Source of the DNA: a virus
IMG/VR virus record: IMGVR_UViG_3300022188_000006
Span: 1 to 64,000 of that record
Strand: one strand, 5' to 3'
Length of the DNA: 64,000 bases
The translations under genes and the position numbers were made by a program. Numbering within the stretch: the stretch's first letter is position 1; each line of letters begins with the position of its first letter. This document shows, piece by piece, positions 37,584-47,145 of this stretch. Under the pieces are notes generated by a model. That model saw nothing but the letters and a program-made list of their open reading frames with translations. It was not told where the DNA came from and did not search any database.

Positions 37584-37958
37584 TTACAAGTCATTCCTGG
37601 CGTTCTTCCTAGTCGCAATGCGATCCTGCAGTGCCTGGGGCAGATCGCTCATGGCAATCACTCCCTTGGCGACAAGAACGTCAACCAGATCCTCGATCCC
37701 GCGGACCATAGGGATGTCAGTGCTGGTAAGAGTATCCAGTGCCAGGCGCCGGTCATTCTCCGCGGTGTCCAAAACCCACGCACCGGTAGCCTCGTTCCAG
37801 TCACATGGGACGTTGTGCTCCAAGGACTCCTGCGGAGGCGCAACCTCCGTGAAGTTGGAATCGGAAAAATCGTCTTCGACCTGGACACCCCAATCACCGA
37901 CCCTGTAGTAAACGTTATCTTCGGGGCGCCGTGTCTCTTTGTTCCAGACTGTTTTCAT
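37584..37958 (-). CDS. tail-fibre assembly-like protein
   Basis: FTEVAPP...WNEATGAWVLD; follows a tip module. Confidence 0.6.
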   Translation of the reverse strand: MKTVWNKETRRPEDNVYYRVGDWGVQVEDDFSDSNFTEVAPPQESLEHNVPCDWNEATGAWVLDTAENDRRLALDTLTSTDIPMVRGIEDLVDVLVAKGVIAMSDLPQALQDRIATRKNARNDL

Positions 37959-37982
37959 GACTGACCTCGCTCAGCTCTGCAG

Positions 37983-38732
37983 TTACAGTTTCATCCAGAT
38001 AATGTAGTTGTAAAGCCAGCAAGAAACCGACGACGTGATGTAAAAGGAAAACTGCCGATTTGCATTCAACATCGTCTCTCCTGGCAAGACAGGATCGGTG
38101 GCTTGCTCGTTGTGGCTTAAGGTAACATAGGAATCTCCGGCCCCCACGGATCCGCTTTTTACGTCCGCAACAGCATGGATGTTGACATCCTGACTAGACG
38201 GAGCGCTAGCACCGCTAAAGACTCCGATAGCGTATGCCTTATGAGGAACAACAGGAGATAAGCTATACCAGGTATTTGCGCTTGGAGTACCCGTATAGAT
38301 AGCAAATCCGTTACCGCTATACAGGACTATCTTGTTGCCTTGCTGAACGAAAGCCATGAAATTTCCACTTGAATTGTTGCGGACTGCACTCACAAGACGC
38401 TTTTTGGTGTACCCGGAAGGCATAGCCGGTGACGTGGATGAAGCAGAGAGCAGCCCATCAATTTGACCGTTGCTCTCGTTCCATATCAAGTAAACGTAGT
38501 ACCAAGTGCTGACGGCTTCGGAACCAGTGTCGAGTCCATTCACACCGCTAGTGGTAATGTCGACCGTGACATCTGATGAAAGCTCCATTACAACCGCGCC
38601 GTCGTCCGAACCAACAACCGCGCCCTGTCGAATTGTGACCTGCGTGGCGCTGTCACAGGACACGCGCAGGTCTCGCAGAACCGAGCGTGTCAGCCACGGA
38701 TTATTTTGTGCTGGGGTCAACTGCGTCATCAC
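37983..38732 (-). CDS. tail-fibre tip module
   Basis: Same conserved domain. Confidence 0.8.
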   Translation of the reverse strand: MMTQLTPAQNNPWLTRSVLRDLRVSCDSATQVTIRQGAVVGSDDGAVVMELSSDVTVDITTSGVNGLDTGSEAVSTWYYVYLIWNESNGQIDGLLSASSTSPAMPSGYTKKRLVSAVRNNSSGNFMAFVQQGNKIVLYSGNGFAIYTGTPSANTWYSLSPVVPHKAYAIGVFSGASAPSSQDVNIHAVADVKSGSVGAGDSYVTLSHNEQATDPVLPGETMLNANRQFSFYITSSVSCWLYNYIIWMKL

Positions 38733-38765
38733 TCTTCCTCATATCAGTCACACAAGACGGCCAAG

Positions 38766-40385
38766 TCAGGTCGTCCCTACGAAGAACCTATTCCAGTCTG
38801 TCAGCACGTCTGTCAAGCCACTGTTAGGATTCGCCTGGAAGATGTTCTGTTCTATAATCACAGGATTGTGCATGTACCCATCCAAATAATTGCTGGCAAG
38901 GCCATTAGTGCCGATATAGAGCTTACCTGTGTAATTCGCCCCGAGGCTCGCAGACATTTGCTGAAAAGCAACTTGCGTACCGTTCAGATAAAGGCCAATC
39001 GTATCGGTGCTCACCTTGTACACATACGCCACATGGTACCACGTGCCGGCGACCATGGACCCGCCAGCTATGTTTATTTTAGTTGTACCGCCAACAACAT
39101 TCCAGAAGGCAAGTTGGTCGCTGCTGTCTTTGTAGAACGTCCATCTGTTGCTGCTGTCCTGTACCTGGCTTATGAATATCTTGCCGGTGCCGATGCTGTT
39201 ACTGGTAAGGTTGACCCAGCAAAACATCGTCCGGTCTTTGCCGCGGCCTAGCATATCCCAATACGGCTGATCCAACACAGCGTTGGCGTACTCGCTGTTT
39301 GACGCATTGAAAGCGAGCGACTTTACGTTGAACTTCACGGTCCCAGCGTAGGTCGTCATCTTCTGTCCAACCACGTGGACAGATTTAGAAAGGTCATAGA
39401 TGTGACCGTAGTTGGCCCCGGGATCCCACAGGCGATAGTCGTCGCCGGAAAGCAACATCCGTAGACCCTGCAGTCTGACAAGTCCGCCCGTTTTGTTTAC
39501 GATGTCCCAGGTACCGCGTGCAGCATCGTAACGCAGACAGACCTGCGACGGCTCAGCAAGCTCGACCCCATAGCCCGGGCCAGAGAGCCACACGCGCGCA
39601 CCGGGATCGGACAACGCAACGGTGATCACCTGCGCCGATTCGTTCTGAACCCAGATCGTCAGACCGTCGTCGGCGGAAGTCGCAGCGGGCAGGGTCAAAG
39701 TCCTGCCAGCGGATGTAGCCCTCGTGTATCTGAACAGGTAACCGTCTTCATAGACAGTGGCAGAGTAATCCGCGGTCAAATCTTTCTGGTACGACCATCC
39801 CTGATAGTCGTTAGTCCCCCCGGTGTCCTTCACCACGTAGAAATCCAGAATGTCGCCGGACTGCGCACCAGAGTTTAGAGTGATTGTACGAGCGTCCGTC
39901 TTTGTATACTCGTTTTCGTCCAAAAGCTGGCCGTTCTTGAAAACGAGTATACCCCGGTTGGTGTCGTAGCTGAGCGTGGCCAGGTTAAAAACCGTCTGGC
40001 TTGCGGTTGCTACCTGTCGTTCAGGAGAAAGAAGCGCACTGGCAATTCCCGAACTGGTATTCACCTCGGTAACAATTTTCCACCCGACAGTGCTATCCAC
40101 ATAGACGAGGATGAACCCACTACCATCCAGGTCGATCACCATGTCCTGGGCCTGGCATTCGATATTCGAACCATTCCTAGCGACCGTAAGCGTGTAAGTC
40201 GTTGCGCGCCTGTTTGCGTCGACAACACCGACTGTGTCGCCTTCTGTCGGCGAGGAGGGAAGCGTGAGCGTAAGGTCAGCGGAAGAAACGAGCAGATATC
40301 CGTAGCCGCTAACAGCCTGAGTGTTCGTCGTAACCTTAACCCAGGCCAATCTGGACCTACCGTAGAGGTTGCTCAACAGGCTCAC
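38766..40385 (-). CDS. tail fibre with T4 gp9/10-like N-domain and C-terminal LamG/concanavalin-like domain
   Basis: TLTLPSSPTEGDTVGVVD..., WYHVAYV...LYLNG...LYIG...YLDGYM. Confidence 0.8.
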   Translation of the reverse strand: MSLLSNLYGRSRLAWVKVTTNTQAVSGYGYLLVSSADLTLTLPSSPTEGDTVGVVDANRRATTYTLTVARNGSNIECQAQDMVIDLDGSGFILVYVDSTVGWKIVTEVNTSSGIASALLSPERQVATASQTVFNLATLSYDTNRGILVFKNGQLLDENEYTKTDARTITLNSGAQSGDILDFYVVKDTGGTNDYQGWSYQKDLTADYSATVYEDGYLFRYTRATSAGRTLTLPAATSADDGLTIWVQNESAQVITVALSDPGARVWLSGPGYGVELAEPSQVCLRYDAARGTWDIVNKTGGLVRLQGLRMLLSGDDYRLWDPGANYGHIYDLSKSVHVVGQKMTTYAGTVKFNVKSLAFNASNSEYANAVLDQPYWDMLGRGKDRTMFCWVNLTSNSIGTGKIFISQVQDSSNRWTFYKDSSDQLAFWNVVGGTTKINIAGGSMVAGTWYHVAYVYKVSTDTIGLYLNGTQVAFQQMSASLGANYTGKLYIGTNGLASNYLDGYMHNPVIIEQNIFQANPNSGLTDVLTDWNRFFVGTT

Positions 40386-41899
40386 TGCATAACTCCCTGG
40401 AATTCGTGATTCCAATCAGACAAAGTATCGGTCTTTCCGCTATTTGGGTTCGCGCCATAGCAGTTGGCGTAGCTTATCAGCATGTCCTGCATGTACCCCT
40501 CATAGAAGTGAGCACCCGCGCCATTCTGCCCTATGAAGAGCTTTCCGGAGAAGTTCCAGGTGCTTGCGAGCAGCTGGTAAGCCACCTGCTGTCCGTTGAG
40601 ATACACACCGACGTTGCTACCGACTCGTGCGAAAGTTATGTGATACCAGCTGGAAGTTGACCCAATTGACCCGCCAGAAATTTGAAACTGATATGAACCG
40701 CCACCTTTCAGGTCAAGACAGACTGCATTGCTAGCATTCTTGTAGAATATCCAGTAGTTGTTGGAGTCCTGATAATGACAATAGAATACTTCTGTTGTAG
40801 ACAGTCTACTGGGCCGAATCCACAACGCCACTATTGCTATGCCACTCGTAGAGGCAAACACGTCCCAATCAGGGCTGTCCGAAATATCGACGTAAGCGCT
40901 ATTGCCAGCACCAGCCACATAGCTTCTCGGCGGTGCTATGTAGCTGCCACGGCTAATCTGCCACTGACTCTGCCCAACTGGCGCATGTCTCTCCGTGTCG
41001 TCTACACATTGTATCCAATTTACGCCTCCGCCCTTCCAAACGGTGACGTTATTTGAGCAGAGCAATCGCAGATCTTCCTGACGAACCAAGCCGCCACTCT
41101 TGTTGACCACGTCCCAAGTGGTTCTATTGTGATCATAACGAATACACACCAAAGCCGTCGGGAGAAGTTCAATCCCGCGACCACTTGGAGATGTCCACAC
41201 TCGACTCGAATCACCAGGAGTTACCGTAATCACGTGAGCCGACTCGTTCTGAACCCACACGACGTGACCGTCCTCGCCGCTGCCCACGGCCGGCAGCGTC
41301 AGGGTACGGTCGGCGCTCGTGCTCGACGTGTAGCGGTAGAGCTTGCCCAGATCGTTCGTCGTGAGCGCGGTGTCGGCGGTGACCTCGACCTCGGTCGCCC
41401 AGCCCTGGTATCCGCTGACATACTGGCCTGGGCCAGAGCCGGGGCCAGCAATCTCCGTCACCACGACCCACCCAACAGTCGCATTCACGTAGACCAGGGT
41501 AAAACCACTGCCGTCAGTGTCAATAACTAGGTCTGTAGCGGAACCTTCGATGTTGGAGCCGTTGCGCGCGACTGTCAGCGTGTAGGTCGTCGCTTTGCGG
41601 TCCGCATCCTTTACTCCCACCTTGTCCCCCACAGACGGACTCGCTGGCAGCGTCAAGGTGACATTGGAAGAAGCAACGATCAGGTATCCATTCCCTGTGA
41701 CAGCCGCGGTATTCGCGGTGATAACTTGCCACGACATGCCCCCGCCACCGCCACTGCCGGCAAGGGCCTGGTCTATGCCCTTGAGATGGGCGGATATCTT
41801 TGTAGTGCTCTCCGCCCCCGCCGGGGTCGGCGTATAGTTCGCCGGAGTAGCATAACCGGCTCTTATCTTCCTGCCTGTGAGGCGTCCTATCAGTCCCAC
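40382..41899 (-). CDS. tail fibre with LamG domain (paralog)
   Basis: Same architecture; WYHITF...VYLNG...LFIG. Confidence 0.8.
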   Translation of the reverse strand: MGLIGRLTGRKIRAGYATPANYTPTPAGAESTTKISAHLKGIDQALAGSGGGGGMSWQVITANTAAVTGNGYLIVASSNVTLTLPASPSVGDKVGVKDADRKATTYTLTVARNGSNIEGSATDLVIDTDGSGFTLVYVNATVGWVVVTEIAGPGSGPGQYVSGYQGWATEVEVTADTALTTNDLGKLYRYTSSTSADRTLTLPAVGSGEDGHVVWVQNESAHVITVTPGDSSRVWTSPSGRGIELLPTALVCIRYDHNRTTWDVVNKSGGLVRQEDLRLLCSNNVTVWKGGGVNWIQCVDDTERHAPVGQSQWQISRGSYIAPPRSYVAGAGNSAYVDISDSPDWDVFASTSGIAIVALWIRPSRLSTTEVFYCHYQDSNNYWIFYKNASNAVCLDLKGGGSYQFQISGGSIGSTSSWYHITFARVGSNVGVYLNGQQVAYQLLASTWNFSGKLFIGQNGAGAHFYEGYMQDMLISYANCYGANPNSGKTDTLSDWNHEFQGVMQ

Positions 41900-41952
41900 G
41901 TGCTGAATCCCTCGCAGATTGGATACAGTACTTAGTAGTTACCGCCTACGCT

Positions 41953-42174
41953 TTACGCTTTCTTCACGACAGTGTTATTCGCGGTGTTGTAGGTGTAGTT
42001 GCTGCTTCCATCATCAGCGATGAGGTCGTTCGGGATCTCGCCCGCTTGACCCTGGCCAAGCGCCTGTCCATCAGGCAGGTCAGCACTGACCTGATCGGGC
42101 TCAGCGAAAAAACCCGCGCCTTTCACGTCGTTCGTAGAAGTGTCGTAGATCGGATACCAAAGTGCATCGGACAT
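41953..42174 (-). CDS. 73-aa fibre companion protein, copy 2
   Basis: Near-identical repeat. Confidence 0.85.
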   Translation of the reverse strand: MSDALWYPIYDTSTNDVKGAGFFAEPDQVSADLPDGQALGQGQAGEIPNDLIADDGSSNYTYNTANNTVVKKA

Positions 42175-42188
42175 GAGAGGACTCCTTT

Positions 42189-42968
42189 TTATAGGTCTAT
42201 GGTGTAACCAGAAACTCTAACATGGCAATTCCTAGCTGGAGTAAATGTGTCACTAGAGTGTAGATACACTTGTAATGTTTGGTTCACGATAGGGACTAGG
42301 ACAGAAAGATATTTAGTAGAATGCCTATCGGAACCATCTGTGGCGTAATAGGTACTAGTATCTACCGATCCTATGCGCGTCATCCTTGATGTATCTCGAT
42401 CAGGTGAAGCTGCAAAGACACCCCAACTGGCCTCACTTCCGTTTGATGGATATTGATAGGTGTCATAATATACCGAAGCTGTCATAACTGGCACTAATGA
42501 AGATAAGCTATATGTTCTCCAAGAATTAGTTTGCCAGGTTGTGCTGAAAACTGTCTCTGATGCAGTGACTAAATTGCCTCGCTGGAGAAAATGCTTGAAG
42601 TTGCTACTCCCATCATTCCTCACAGCTCCCACCAGACGCTTCTTGTCATAACCGGAGGGCAAAGTAGGATTGCTTGAAGACGCAGAGAGCAAACCAGCCA
42701 CCGTCTCAGTGGAAGGATTCCAGATCATATAGATGTAGTACCAGGTATCCGAGGCTTCAGAGCCTTGGTCCAGACCATTGACACCAGAATTCGTGATGTC
42801 CACAGTGATGTCCGCACCTGCTTCCATCACGATACTGCCATCATCCGCGCCAACTGCCGAGCCCTGCTTGATGACAACCTGAGTGCTGTTGCTGCACTCG
42901 ATGTGCAAGTTGCGGATGATGTTCTTCGCTATCCAGGCGTTAACCTGATCTGCTGCTAACTGAGTCAT
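42189..42968 (-). CDS. tail-fibre tip module
   Basis: Same conserved domain. Confidence 0.8.
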   Translation of the reverse strand: MTQLAADQVNAWIAKNIIRNLHIECSNSTQVVIKQGSAVGADDGSIVMEAGADITVDITNSGVNGLDQGSEASDTWYYIYMIWNPSTETVAGLLSASSSNPTLPSGYDKKRLVGAVRNDGSSNFKHFLQRGNLVTASETVFSTTWQTNSWRTYSLSSLVPVMTASVYYDTYQYPSNGSEASWGVFAASPDRDTSRMTRIGSVDTSTYYATDGSDRHSTKYLSVLVPIVNQTLQVYLHSSDTFTPARNCHVRVSGYTIDL

Positions 42969-42995
42969 TGTGATTGCTCCTGTAACACAGGACAT

Positions 42996-43751
42996 TTAGA
43001 TGTCTAAGCTGAACCCGAGGACGAGCACGCCCAGAGTGATTGTATCTGAGTATTGCTTAGCAAATGTCAACACCCACGTGTTGGGTTCCACAACCAAATC
43101 TCTATGAATAGCTTGCGTTAACGCAAAAGTTGAATAGCGGTCCCCGTAGCTAAATCGTTGCCAAATTGAAGATAAATGCTTCACCCAAACTTGTTGATCG
43201 TAGTTTGAACCAGGAGTGAGATAAGACATCAACTGCAGTTCAGTTACAATCGGATAAGGGGCTGCTGACGCATAACTGATAGCAGTTCCACCATTAGAAA
43301 CCGTAGCCACGTCTGAAGTGAAAAGGGAAATCTCCGCACCGTATACTACTTTTTTCCCCAATTGGCGAAACTCGATAAAATTGCTACTGGAATTGTTTCT
43401 TACAGCGCCAATCAAACGCTTCTTGTCATAGCCAGAGGGCAGAGTAGGATTGGTCGAAGAGGCAGAGAAGAGTCCGGCTGCTGTGGAGGTCGTGCTGTTC
43501 CATATCAGCCAGATGTAGTACCACGTATTGGCCGCTTCACTCCCAGTATCCAGCCCGTTTGCACCGCTGTTCGTGATGTCTACAGTAATATCGGAACCAG
43601 CTGTAATGACGACAGAGCCGTCATCCGCGCCTACGGCGCTCCCCTGCTTAATAACCACCTGGGAAGCCGCGGAACACTCGACCCGCAGACTCTCTATGAC
43701 GCGCCGGACCAGGTACGCATTTACTTGGCTGGGCGGAATGGTCGTACCCAT
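42996..43751 (-). CDS. tail-fibre tip module
   Basis: Same conserved domain. Confidence 0.8.
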   Translation of the reverse strand: MGTTIPPSQVNAYLVRRVIESLRVECSAASQVVIKQGSAVGADDGSVVITAGSDITVDITNSGANGLDTGSEAANTWYYIWLIWNSTTSTAAGLFSASSTNPTLPSGYDKKRLIGAVRNNSSSNFIEFRQLGKKVVYGAEISLFTSDVATVSNGGTAISYASAAPYPIVTELQLMSYLTPGSNYDQQVWVKHLSSIWQRFSYGDRYSTFALTQAIHRDLVVEPNTWVLTFAKQYSDTITLGVLVLGFSLDI

Positions 43752-43797
43752 CTTTGCCTTCCTTCCTTTTGCATCGTGCGCAGCAGACTAACCTTTA

Positions 43798-44019
43798 TCA
43801 CGACTTCGGATTCACTGTGTTGGTGGACGTGTTGTAGGTGTAGTTGCTGCTTCCATCATCAGCGATGAGGTCGTTCGGAATCTCTCCCGCCTGACCCTGG
43901 CCAAGGGCCTGTCCGTCGGGTAGGTCAGCACTGACCTGATCAGGCTCAGCGAAAAAACCCGCGCCTTTCACGTCGTTCGTGGAGGTGTCATAGATTGGAT
44001 ACCAAAGTTCGTTGGACAT
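43798..44019 (-). CDS. 73-aa fibre companion protein, copy 3
   Basis: Near-identical repeat. Confidence 0.85.
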   Translation of the reverse strand: MSNELWYPIYDTSTNDVKGAGFFAEPDQVSADLPDGQALGQGQAGEIPNDLIADDGSSNYTYNTSTNTVNPKS

Positions 44020-44056
44020 TGCTGAAACTCCTTGTTAAGACATCAGAGTCTGGTTC

Positions 44057-44815
44057 TCAAATGTCCAGAGTAAAACCACGAATATCAATGATCGCCGCCC
44101 CCTTGGACGACGGTGCATACGCTGTGTATGCCTTAATAGTTCTATTCCTCAGTATGGTCTTCGTGTCCGAAACATCGGCATGCGCTTTTGTTTGGTCATA
44201 GTCTTCTGTTGCCAGAGTCGCAAGGATGATAGTCCCGGTATCATCCAGTACACGAATGTTCTGATAATTGATCCCTTGATTAGCATATCTCCAGACCTGA
44301 AAGTGCACCACGCAACCAACAGCCTTCTCAGGTACAGATGCAGAAAGAGACAAGGTAGTCGGTGTAGTTGAGGCCCAACCACTCACGATGTTACCGAAAC
44401 CACCTTTGACCTCTTTTCCACGCTGAAAAAACTGCAGGAAATTCGAGGATGAATCGTTGCGCACTGCCCCCACCAGCCTCTTCTTCGTATAACCGGAAGG
44501 CAAGGTAGGAGCGGTAGAGGAAGCTGACAGAAGCCCTGCCACCGTCTCAGTGGAAGGGTTCCAGATCATATAGATGTAGTACCAGGTATTGGCAGCTTCA
44601 CTTCCGGTATCTAGGCCGTTAGCACCGGAATTCGTGATGTCCACGGTAATGTCCGCGCCCGCTTCCATCACCACTGAACCGTCATCAGCGCCTACACTGG
44701 AACCCGCCTTGATCACAACCTGACTGGCCGCCGAGCACTCGATATGTAGGTTGTGAATGAGTGTCTTTGTAAGCCAGGAATTGATGTGGTCTGCTGGAAT
44801 TTTTGTCTCGGCCAT
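44057..44815 (-). CDS. tail-fibre tip module
   Basis: Same conserved domain. Confidence 0.8.
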   Translation of the reverse strand: MAETKIPADHINSWLTKTLIHNLHIECSAASQVVIKAGSSVGADDGSVVMEAGADITVDITNSGANGLDTGSEAANTWYYIYMIWNPSTETVAGLLSASSTAPTLPSGYTKKRLVGAVRNDSSSNFLQFFQRGKEVKGGFGNIVSGWASTTPTTLSLSASVPEKAVGCVVHFQVWRYANQGINYQNIRVLDDTGTIILATLATEDYDQTKAHADVSDTKTILRNRTIKAYTAYAPSSKGAAIIDIRGFTLDI

Positions 44816-44854
44816 TTTTGATCCTCACCGGATATTATTGGTTTGGCTGATCAC

Positions 44855-44953
44855 TTATCCATTCCTCAGTGCGCAATCTCTCTCAGTACATAAGCCACGG
44901 GTAGCACTCTTCACTATCCAAGCATTAGCCTGATCGGATGCGAGACGTGCCAT
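44855..44953 (-). pseudogene. N-terminal relic of a tip module
   Basis: MARLASDQANAWIVK matches MTQLAADQVNAWIAK (42968) and has the same GGAGCAATCACAATG leader. Confidence 0.7.
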
Positions 44954-45136
44954 TGTGATTGCTCCTAACTGTTCACGTCGGCTACAATGCGACTTGATAG
45001 CCTAAGATTTCCAGTGTGAACTGGACTGTTTCGTTATATGCCTTTCCAAAGGCCAAGCTGGTCTGCCCCGGCTTCACGATCAAATCCTGATGTACAACAG
45101 CAGAGTAGAACTCGTCGATGGTCATGGAGCGCTCCT

Positions 45137-45358
45137 TCACGACTTTGGCTCAACGGTATTGGTGGACGTGTTGTAGGTGTAGTTGCTGCTTCCGTCATCA
45201 GCGATGAGGTCGTTCGGGATCTCGCCCGTCTGACCCTGGCCAAGGGCCTGTCCATCAGGCAAGTCAGCACTGACCTGATCAGGCTCCGCGAAGAAGCCTG
45301 CGCCCTTCACGTCGTTCGTGGAGGTGTCGTAAATCGGACACCAAAGTTCGTTGGACAT
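45137..45358 (-). CDS. 73-aa fibre companion protein, copy 4
   Basis: Near-identical repeat. Confidence 0.85.
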   Translation of the reverse strand: MSNELWCPIYDTSTNDVKGAGFFAEPDQVSADLPDGQALGQGQTGEIPNDLIADDGSSNYTYNTSTNTVEPKS

Positions 45359-45385
45359 TGTTGGGACTCCTTCACTATAAAATTT

Positions 45386-46141
45386 TTATAAATCAAGCAT
45401 ATAACCATACGAATAGATTGTCGCACTGGGGTTATTGTAATTATCACTCACATAATATTGAATAGTCGTCGTTTTTCCAAAAATGAGGTTGCTAGTCATG
45501 TCATAATCAGCTTGAGCGTATGCATCAGCACTACGCCTATTTGAGTATGCTACAGCGTAACTTGGACTTGAAGAGTTTTTCCTTACTTGTATGCTAATTG
45601 TATTGTGCCCAGAGCCAGGTAAAGCCACATAACCACGTATATTTAAGCTCACAGAGAGATCCGTCGGAGCGATACTAGCAAGGTTTATTGTTGTCCAGGA
45701 CGTTAGCGCGCCAGAAGCAATAGTTATATCGCTGTGCGTCACGTAGTTGTTGTACTGCGTAAAGCGTATAAAGCTGCTACTGGAATTGTTCCTCACAGCT
45801 CCCACCAGCCTTTTCTTCGTATAACCGGAGGGCAAGACCGGAGCAGTGGCAGAAGCTGACAGCAAGCCAGCTACGGTACCATCCGAGCTATTCCAGATAA
45901 GGTAGATGTAATACCAGGTATTGGCAGTCTCAGAACCAGTGTCCAGGCCATTGGCACCACTATTCGTGATGTCCACCGTAATGTCTGAACTAAGTGACAT
46001 CACCACTGCTCCGTCATCGCTGCCGACAGCAGACCCGGCTTTGATGACCACCTGTGATGCGGACGAAGACTCAATATGCAGGTTGTGGATCAGCGTCTTC
46101 GTGATGAATGCGTCAACCTGGTAAGGTGCAAATCGCGACAT
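45386..46141 (-). CDS. tail-fibre tip module
   Basis: Same conserved domain. Confidence 0.8.
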   Translation of the reverse strand: MSRFAPYQVDAFITKTLIHNLHIESSSASQVVIKAGSAVGSDDGAVVMSLSSDITVDITNSGANGLDTGSETANTWYYIYLIWNSSDGTVAGLLSASATAPVLPSGYTKKRLVGAVRNNSSSSFIRFTQYNNYVTHSDITIASGALTSWTTINLASIAPTDLSVSLNIRGYVALPGSGHNTISIQVRKNSSSPSYAVAYSNRRSADAYAQADYDMTSNLIFGKTTTIQYYVSDNYNNPSATIYSYGYMLDL

Positions 46142-46152
46142 GCGCCGCCCTC

Positions 46153-47106
46153 CTAGATCTTATGGAAGCAAACTTCCTCGCCGCCAACCATGGCATTGTT
46201 AAAAGTCACACTGGTGGTGCTCGTCTCCGTGTACTCGGAAAGGCTCGCCTTTTTGCCGTTGACGAACACCAGAAGCCGGTTGCTCCCGGGCGTGTAGGCA
46301 AACCCAGATATGTTGAACACAGTCTGTCCCACGCTCGCTGTCTGACACTCGACTGAAGCCGGACCCTGGTCAGTCGGAACAGGTTTAACAGTGTAAAACT
46401 CAAAGACATCGCCTGCCAAGGCTCCATTCGCCAAAGTCACAGTTGTGCTGTTTGTTTTGGTGTAGAGGCTGTTGTCGAGAATCTGCCCGTTACGCACCAC
46501 GAAGATTGCATAACGGGGGTTGTATGTGATTTCGTTGAGCGTGAAAACAGTTTGATTTGCGGTGGCCACCTGGCGTTCGCTCACCATTACGGCCTCACCG
46601 ATGCTATCGGTGCCGCAGATAAACTTCATCACCGAGACCTTTGTCCCGCTGGTACGGCCGGTATTGAACACGACATCATTGCCGGAAAACACGTAATCCG
46701 CGGTATACGTCATAAGCACTCCACCGCTCATGACAATTGTGTTCCCGCGATTCGGCGGAGCACAGTGTGAACAGGTAAAAGTAGTCTGATTGGCGGTTGC
46801 GACAAAGTCGTCGCGCTCCATGCAGGTCCCGGCACTGCTCGGCCCCGCACCAGACAGTCCCTGTATCACGGTGACTTTTTGTCCGGCCGCACAACCACTT
46901 GTGAATACCACGTCATTGCCGCTAAACGAGTAGTCAGCGGGACTGTACTGCAGCACCTTGCCGTAGAACACAAGCGTGTTACTCTCATTGGGACTGATGT
47001 TCGACAAGGTAAACGTCGTCTGATTGGCACTGGCTGTGAACTCCTCCTTCAGGAAGTAGCCCACGCCGGCAAAGCCACCGAAATACTCACTCAGATTAAG
47101 GCTCAT
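46153..47106 (-). CDS. structural protein with four tandem beta-rich repeats
   Basis: Four ATANQTxF...V..NG...DY repeats. Confidence 0.75.
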   Translation of the reverse strand: MSLNLSEYFGGFAGVGYFLKEEFTASANQTTFTLSNISPNESNTLVFYGKVLQYSPADYSFSGNDVVFTSGCAAGQKVTVIQGLSGAGPSSAGTCMERDDFVATANQTTFTCSHCAPPNRGNTIVMSGGVLMTYTADYVFSGNDVVFNTGRTSGTKVSVMKFICGTDSIGEAVMVSERQVATANQTVFTLNEITYNPRYAIFVVRNGQILDNSLYTKTNSTTVTLANGALAGDVFEFYTVKPVPTDQGPASVECQTASVGQTVFNISGFAYTPGSNRLLVFVNGKKASLSEYTETSTTSVTFNNAMVGGEEVCFHKI

Positions 47107-47145
47107 CGCTTTGTTCCTTGTTCAGCCTGTCAGATTCGTCCCAGG

